Below are positions 38,621 through 46,449 of a DNA stretch of 46,449 nt, piece by piece; position 1 is the first letter of the stretch; each line of letters opens with the position of its first letter. The notes beneath the pieces are model-generated. The model saw only the letters and a program-made list of their open reading frames with translations, ran no database searches and was not told where the DNA came from. Source of the DNA: Ginkgo biloba. Its lineage: Eukaryota; Plantae; Ginkgophyta. Location: contig JANKJI020000004.1 of NCBI GenBank assembly GCA_024626585.2, positions 35,951,089 through 35,997,537 of the forward strand, read 5' to 3'. The position numbers and the translations under genes are program-made.

Positions 38621-40239
38621 AAAATCAATTATAATGGGTCCTACTTTAAAATGATATCCTTAAATGGGTGTGAGAGCGACTTGTGAAGCTAACATATTAG
38701 TGGGTCCCATCTTGAAAGATACCCTTATAAACATAGTAAAGTATAGATAACTTTGATAATTTATGAAGGTAGNNNNNNNNNNNNNNNNNNNNNNNNNNNN
38801 NNNNNNNNNNNNNNNNNNNNNNNNNNNNNNNNNNNNNNNNNNNNNNNNNNNNNNNNNNNNNNNNNNNNNNNNCATGGCCACCATGTTTGAGGTGGCACGG
38901 CGTTGCTCTCTGAGTTCTTTCGCTAGAAAGGAGAGGGTGTCTGAAGAGATCAGACTCTCAGAAGACTGCTCAGTCTATGGTGACTTTGCCTTCGACATGA
39001 TATCAAAGAAGAGGCCATCAACCACGTATACATTTGAAGGAATTGAAGAACATGTGGATTGGAATGGCTTATCATCTTCATCCTTTGATTATGCCATTTC
39101 CTTTAAGAAGAAACGAGGTCAGTACACTAGAGGAAAAGAGACCTTGGAGAGGTCTACCAGGCCCTATTTTGAAATATGCAAGGTCTATCCATTGGATTCA
39201 AAATGACCTCAAGGCAACTTATTGTACACAGAAGCGATTGGCTAGGAACAACGACAATAAAACAAAGCAAAATATCAATAATTAATGGGAATCATGGAAG
39301 GGACTACCCACTAGATGCAGAAAGGCCAAAGGATCAATTAGATCATTCAAGGGGACCTTGAAGATGAAGCAAGGGTAGAAATGATGAGTCCTATTCTGTT
39401 CCATTTTGTAATTCAATTTGTTTATCTTTTTTGTAATAAGTTGATGATCATTCATTTTGACCCTAGAATTGTGTCCTTAGTTATGTCTAAAAGATGTCCC
39501 TGATTAGGTGCGTAGAAAGGAGTATTTCTCTATAATAAGTTGGCTTCAAGCTTTTGCAAGGGTAGGTTATCTTCAAATATTATGTAAGTAGAGATACCCT
39601 CATAATATTTTGAAGGTAGAGATACCCTCATAAAAAGGTAAAGGCATCTTGATAGTTTAATGTTACATGGATAGTTTGAGGATAACTTAGTGGTTTAAAG
39701 GTGATTTATGAAGGTAAACTATCCTTACAGTCTCTTGAAGGCAACTTCTTGTCACTTAATGGACTTGTTTTTATTTTTCATAGGACAACTTTTAAAGGGC
39801 ATAACTTTCACATACAAACTCTAATTTTTAAAAATAAAATATCACTATGAAGCTCTTGCAATCTACTTTTCAAATATATAAACTTACTTTTAAAACCACC
39901 TAGATTTGTATAGAACTAACCTATAAATAAATTATCTTATTTTACAAGCTTAGAATTTTATTTTTATTATTTTGATCAATTTTAATGATCCTTTCAATCA
40001 TTTTTTTTATTGTAGATTAGACCTCCCCTTTCATGAGGATGATGGTCTCTATAACTTATTCTAAAATCTTTTAAAACTCCTTGCATACTATTTTATAGCT
40101 TGAGGTAGTTACCATTTTCTATGAGTTTAATACAACTTAGTAACACCTCATTGTGATGCTTTTGTCTTTCTCTATGATATGGCATCTACTTCTAATATAT
40201 TCTGATCATATAGAATTAGCTATTTGAGTGGAGGTATTA

Positions 40240-43200
40240 ACACCTCATCTCCTCCTTCCTCTCCACCCAACATGGAAGGTTTGTAAAGCTNNNNNNNNNN
40301 AACATTAAAAATGGGATGGATCTTGACATATGGAGGTATATCTAATTTGGAACTATTATGTTCCACTTGCTTTAAAATTACAAATGGTCCATATTAGATT
40401 AATTTTATGTGTATATTATTACCTTAGAAATTTTATTTAGGTACATGGAACTACACCTTATCTCCTATCTAGAATTGATGATCAATCCTATGCTTGTCAT
40501 GCTTGGCCTTATACTTTTGTTGACTCTTCAATAAGGTCTCTCATATATATGTTATTATATCTACTTAGTATTTTTAATAAATCTCACTGCCTCTTGATGG
40601 GAAGATCTTTCTTTAGTTGAACTTCATTCTAGTAACTTATTTTTTATGGCTATAGGATCCTTAAGTAAGAATTCCAAATAATATTTGAATTGAAAACTTG
40701 GGTTGAGTTATGAATTTCTCTATTGTTTCTATACTGAATATATAATATACTATCGTCCCAAGTCCTAGGATTATTATGATTGAACATACTTCAAATTTGC
40801 ATCATCATTCTATTGATAACTTTAGACTGTCAATTAGTTTAAGGGTAAAAAGCTATGCTTCTCTTTAAACAATTTTCCATCATTATCCATAATGTTTGCT
40901 AAAATGTGCCTATAAAATNNNNNNNNNNNNNNNNNNNNNTATGTGGGTAGTCTATAATGCACCCACACATACTTAAATAATAACTTGACTACTTGTAACT
41001 ACCCTATTATGGTCTTTTTGTATGGAAATGAGATAACCATCTTATTGAATATTTCCACCATCATAAATAAGTAATCATTATCTTTTGAATGATTGGAATT
41101 CACAAATAAAATTCATGGAGATAGATTTCCATGGTCTACTTGGAATGAGAAAATACATATATTTTTCCAACTTTTGATTGGTGGTTTGGAAATACAATAT
41201 GATACGTATGCCTCTATATATTCAATAATGTCTTGGGCCAAAATAAATACCTCTGTAAGTTTGATATATTATTTTTCACTCTAAAGTTACCTATCATCTT
41301 GGAATGGTATGCTTCCCAAATAAATTAGATATAATTACCACTATATTGTACACAAATGGAACTAAGCCAATATAAAATTCTATCTTTGAGATGATAATTT
41401 CTTAGTTTATCATCCTACAACGTAGTTAGTTTCATACAAAATACAATCATTTTTTGAAAAATATTTATCATCTCGATAAAGTTCTTTAAACTCCTCGAAT
41501 CCAAAACATTCAAGTTTCACAAAAGAACTTAAGNNNNNNNNNNNNNTAGATAAAAAAATCAATAATTTGATTACTATTACCTTTGTTATACCTAATAATA
41601 ATGTTACATTATTGTGAATAAGTGACTCATTTGAGATATCTTGCATTCTATAGTTTGAATTGAGTCTATATATATTATAGAGGCTTATGCTCTAAGTGTA
41701 TAATAGTCTCCTTTCTAAGAAAATGGTGCCTCTAATGCTATAATGATTATACCAATACATGCATCTCTTTGTTATATATGGAGTATTTTTATATTATCTT
41801 TGAAAATGTATTAGAATAATAGGAAACTACTTATCTTAGTAAATTAAGATTACTCCCACTACATTCCCTCATTCATCTTCCTTAATCTCAAATGTTAACC
41901 TTATGTATGGTAATGCCAAAAAATGGGCATTGTTGATGCAATGCTTAAGCTCTTCAAAATATCTCTATTATATTTTTGTTTAAAGAAATGCTACAATTCC
42001 TTTCATCATAAAATTCAAGGGTAAGGCTATCTTAAAGTATCATGTAACAAAATTCTGTAAATAGTTGGCCAACTCCATAAATCTTATAAGTTCATGCAAA
42101 TTCTTAAGTGTAATCCATTTTTGGATGACTTTAGTCTTAGTAAGATCAATTTTGAGATCTTATCCATCTACCTTGAATCTTAAGTAGATCAAATCATTTA
42201 TATAAAATGTACACTTATTTAAGTTATCTTGAAGTTTCTCATTCTTAANNNNNNNNNNNNNNNNNNNNNNNNNNNNNNNNNNNNNNNNNNNNNNNNNNNN
42301 NNNNNNNNNNNNNNNNNNNNNNNNNNNNNNNNNNNNNNNNNNNNNNNNNNNNNNNNNNNNNNNNNNNNNNNNNNNNNNNNNNNNNNNNNNNNNNNNNNNN
42401 NNNNNNNNNNNNNNNNNNNNNNNNNNNNNNNNNNNNNNNNNNNNNNNNNNNNNNNNNNNNNNNNNNNNNNNNNNNNNNNNNNNNNNNNNNNNNNNNNNNN
42501 NNNNNNNNNNNNNNNNNNNNNNNNNNNNNNNNNNNNNNNNNNNNNNNNNNNNNNATGGATACCTATAATTCATCTTGATATTTTTTAAGGCTTGATAGTC
42601 AATGCATATTCTCCAAGTTTGGTCTTTCTTGGGAACTAAAACTCCCAAAGATCCACATATTGAAGTACTAGGTATAACATGCCATTTGTTAAGAAACTCT
42701 TGTAATTACTTCTTGATCCCCTTATTCTCCAAAATTGAGCTTCTTTAGAGAGAGGAATTTAGAAGGATAACTCCTTTTTGTAACTTAATGCTATGCTCAA
42801 TGGCTCTCTTAGGAGGAATTCCTTCTAGCTCTTTGAAGATATTATCATACCATTATAGGATTATTTAAATACATCTTTATTGTCATGCACTTTGAACAAC
42901 TGAATTTATACCTTCTGTTTACCAATGCCATAGATATGGGTCTTAGCATTAGTAAAACAAACATACAAGAGGTATTTACTAATCATTTATCTTACACTAT
43001 AGTGATGAGAGAAACATGCTTTGGATTTCCCTTGGCCCTTATCATATAGGCTTTATCTTTTTTCACCAACCTATATTGGTTTGGCCTTATTTAAAATTCA
43101 ACATGTCAATCCTATAGGTATAGGTTTCCAAACATGACTTCATGCACAACTAATGGAGCTACATCACACTTTACCTTATTTATGAAATCCTTCGAGAAAA

Positions 43201-43900
43201 TAAACTTGAACTTATATTTCTTATATATGGTGTGTTAAACTTATTTATTTATTCATCCAAAGGTGTAGGGTAATGGGTGTTTAGTTGTTAGTAAAGTGAC
43301 CTACTTTACTATGTATTTTGAAATAAGGTTTCTTTAGGTATATGAGCAAATAATAACCACCACCACAACCTTTGTAATTTGAATTTTAATTATAAAGAGT
43401 TTCTCTCTACGAGATGTACCTCTTTATTCTCATACCATTAATTATAATGTATCATTATTTTCCTCTATAAATTCAATATCCTTCCCCTTGGCTTGAAGAT
43501 ATAAGTTTATATGTCTCTTTTTATGGTTTAGTAAGTTTTCAACAATTTACCTTTTAATGACCTCAAATTTTATATTTCATACAGTAGGATATATGTTTCT
43601 TCTCTACCTTGGGCTAAGTGGATGGACTTTCCTTTTACTTTTATAATCTTGGATTTGTGATAAGCCTCTTTAAAATTCCTAACCCCAAATATCTCTAAAA
43701 ACTTTTGAATAGGAATAAATAATTTACCAATATGTTTCAACACTAAGTGGTCATCATCATTAACCACCTTTAGTGGAATGGTAAATTCATTAAACTCCTT
43801 AATTAATATAGGTCTTAACATTTGGGTATGACTTTTATTGGAGTTATTACCACTATATTGACTACTCTTGTGTATACCATAGAGGGTAAAATTTCTTCTT
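40240..43900 (-). mobile_element. Ty3/gypsy internal region remnant (gag, protease, RT, RNase H, integrase, PPT)
   Basis: RT CGSLGVLVPKKDQTWRICIDYQALKNIKMNYRYP and NLNKCTF..LIYLRF. Integrase IPSRPWKSISMNF (cf. PW..ISMDF). Protease-upstream REKLFIIKIQI. Purine tract ggagaggaaggaggaga near 40264-40248. Confidence 0.88.
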
Positions 43901-44336
43901 CATCACTTAAATTATTCTTATATAATGATGGGTAATATTCCTTACTAGTGTTGAATATCATAAGAGCTTTATGACCATAAANNNNNNNNNNNNNNNTCTT
44001 TAGCTTAGAAAATGTTATCTTTTAAGGATCAATATATTAATAAAAAGCAACATATATTTCTCATTACCTATGCTAATTATCCAATTTCTCAACATCTATT
44101 TTTCCATCATATATTGGGATCTCCATGTTTATTTCTACCTTGAATGTAATGTCTAATGTATAAATTGGTAGTTAAGTCCTAAGAGGAGTCATAATAGTGC
44201 TATTAGTGGATGGAGGGTACATGGACTAAGATACATATCATTTATAAGAGTTGAGACATCCTATCATATAGGTCTATTTTAATTTATTTTAGACTTATTT
44301 TTAGATGTTTAATTATTTTATAGTCATCCCCTTTTG

Positions 44337-44945
44337 TCAGTCTTTTTGGACATGCCTTCTAGTCTCCTCTTGACATATTACTAGGTTGAATTTATCTAGA
44401 ATATGTATACAATNNNNNNNNNNNNNNNNNNNNNNNNNNNNNNNNNNNNNNNNNNNNNNNNNNNNNNNNNNNNNNNNNNNNNNNNNNNNNNNNNNNNNNN
44501 NNNNNNNNNNNNNNNNNNNNNNNNNNNNNNNNNNNNNNNNNNNNNNNNNNNNNNNNNNNNNNNNNNNNNNNNNNNNNNNNNNNNNNNNNNNNNNNNNNNN
44601 NNNNNNNNNNNNNNNNNNNNNNNNNNNNNNNNNNNNNNNNNNNNNNNNNNNNNNNNNNNNNNNNNNNNNNNNNNNNNNNNNNNNNNNNNNNNNNNNNNNN
44701 NNNNNNNNNNNNNNNNNNNNNNNNNNNNNNNNNNNNNNNNNNNNNNNNNNNNNNNNNNNNNNNNNNNNNNNNNNNNNNNNNNNNNNNNNNNNNNNNNNNN
44801 NNNNNNNNNNNNNNNNNNNNNNNNNNNNNNNNNNNNNNNNNNNNNNNNNNNNNNNGTTAATTGGTCCTATGAAATCTACCCCCATATTTTTAAATTGAAA
44901 TTATATCAAATGCATATGTAAGGGTTGGTGGTGGATTGTTCTTAG
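44337..44945 (-). mobile_element. Athila/Tat-like integrase fragment (mostly gap)
   Basis: GVDFIGPIN (cf. WG.DF.GPI of the rve N-terminus) next to a 442-N gap. Confidence 0.55.
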
Positions 44946-44989
44946 ATTTCCCATCCTCAAAAAAAAAAAAAAAAAGTGTATAGTGGAAG

Positions 44990-45510
44990 AAAATCACAAT
45001 AATTTGCATTCATATTTATAGGTTATAGTCATATAAAGAAAAAAATTCCTTTCATTAAAGAAATAAAAATAGAGTGATCTATAAATATTTACAACAAACT
45101 TTAAGTGGAATCAATATCCATTGATTTATAGAGCTTTAAATCCCTTCATCAATAGATAATATTAGAGTTTATAAAACTTATTACCTCACATGAGGATAAA
45201 ATTACAGGAATTACATAATTTAAATTTAGCTTAAAGCTTTCAATCTATAGAAAATTAGTAGTAGAATGGAAAATTTTCCTTTCAATTTAGTTTCTCCCCT
45301 CTTTATTCATGATAACTGCTTCACCTACCACCTATGAAATATTTCACTTCATGTTTATCAATTATATTTACTGAATCAATAGTTACATCTAATTTGGTGT
45401 TGTTTTAGAGCCTTTGATTTCTTCATAAGTTTAAAATTATAGGTAGTCACAAGTTCAAATCTCTTCTCTTTTAAAATAAAATTCACTTTATAAAGTAAAA
45501 ATTTACCTTT
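44990..45510. repeat. Dispersed repeat copy B (probable LTR segment)
   Basis: Colinear with 38060-38620, as described for that feature. Confidence 0.75.
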
Positions 45511-45960
45511 AATGGAAGAGAGTTGAAAGGAGAGCTCTTATTAAAATGCTCTGCTTTAAAGAGAGGGAAAAATCTTCAAGTGAGGGGTATTTAATTTTCA
45601 CATCACCATAGTTATTAGATTTGATAGNNNNNNNNNNNNNNNNNNNNNNNNNNNNNNNNNNNNNNNNNNNNNNNNNAGCCATTCAACTCTACATAGGTTG
45701 GCAAACAAGCTTCCATACCCTCTAATTCTCAAGTTAGTTCATAGTCAGAGAAGGATGGCACCTAGAGAGCTCAGAAATTTATCCCAAAAGTATACCACAA
45801 GGTGAGTCCAATACTCTTCCCTCGCTTGTAGTTGCTTTAGATCCTGATAAGTTGATACTATGACATATGATTTTGCCTCCACCACCCNNNNNNNNNNNNN
45901 NNNNNNNNNNNNNNNNNNNNNNNNNNNNNNNNNNNNNNNNNNNNNNNNNNNNNNNNNNNN

Positions 45961-46430
45961 ATGGGTGAAAGGTAATTTTTGTCTATTACCTATCCAAAGG
46001 ATTTTTTTTGTTTACTTTTGATAATGTTGAGTCATCCAACTAGGTGCTTCATCGAGGTCTGTGGAAATGTAGACACAACTTGGTTGTGTTGAACCGTTAG
46101 GCGATCACTTTTTTTGTTAAGAATGCTGTGTCATATGCATGCCTAATTTGGGTTGAGTTTCCTGGATTTCCTCTCCCGTTAGGGGAAATTCTCAGGAATA
46201 TTATTGCACCCATTAGAAAAATTATTTTTCATGAGCCACATAGGATGTATAACCCCTATCCTCATAAAAGAGTTTGTATACAAGTAGACTTGTCTAAAAG
46301 TATGCCTTCAAAAGTCATCCCATCCTTTGGATATGGCAGACATCTTCGTCAGCTCGTCAGGTATCTGAATATTCCTAAAACCTTATTTCACTGCCAAAGC
46401 TTCAATCACATGATAAAAAACTATCCCTAG
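45961..46430 (+). mobile_element. L1-clade LINE ORF1 remnant (DUF4283 and degenerate zinc knuckle)
   Basis: KGFFLFTFDN...VLHRGLW; IWVEFPGFPL...RVCIQVDLSKSMP...QLVRYLNIPKTLFHCQSFNHMIKNYP (cf. WV.LP.LP..RV.V.VDL.KPL..YE.LP..CF.C...GH...CP). Confidence 0.85.
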
Positions 46431-46449
46431 TTCCTACTTTAGTGAGTGA

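Overview
Eukaryotic land-plant genomic DNA from a gappy draft assembly: AT-rich, CpG-depleted and broken by many N runs. The repeat landscape and intron sizes suggest a large-genome seed plant such as a gymnosperm, but that is inference. The only host gene I can support is alpha-N-acetylglucosaminidase (GH89; NAGLU, Arabidopsis CYL1) on the minus strand. It appears as three small consecutive internal exons (15722-15601, 6111-6026, 5543-5449) with canonical AG/GT borders and matching phases. The rest of the window appears intronic: one intron of about 9.5 kb, one of 482 bp, more than 5.4 kb after the last exon and more than 30 kb before the first. These introns are filled with nested, heavily decayed retroelements: Ty3/gypsy of chromovirus and Athila/Tat-like type, Ty1/copia, L1-like LINEs, solo or partial LTRs and short tandem repeats. 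I found no intact TE ORF, RNA gene, CRISPR array or convincing novel multi-gene system. The best leads are the giant intron, an LTR-derived in-frame cryptic exon candidate, and unusual LTR architectures. TE boundaries are approximate and identities were judged by eye.
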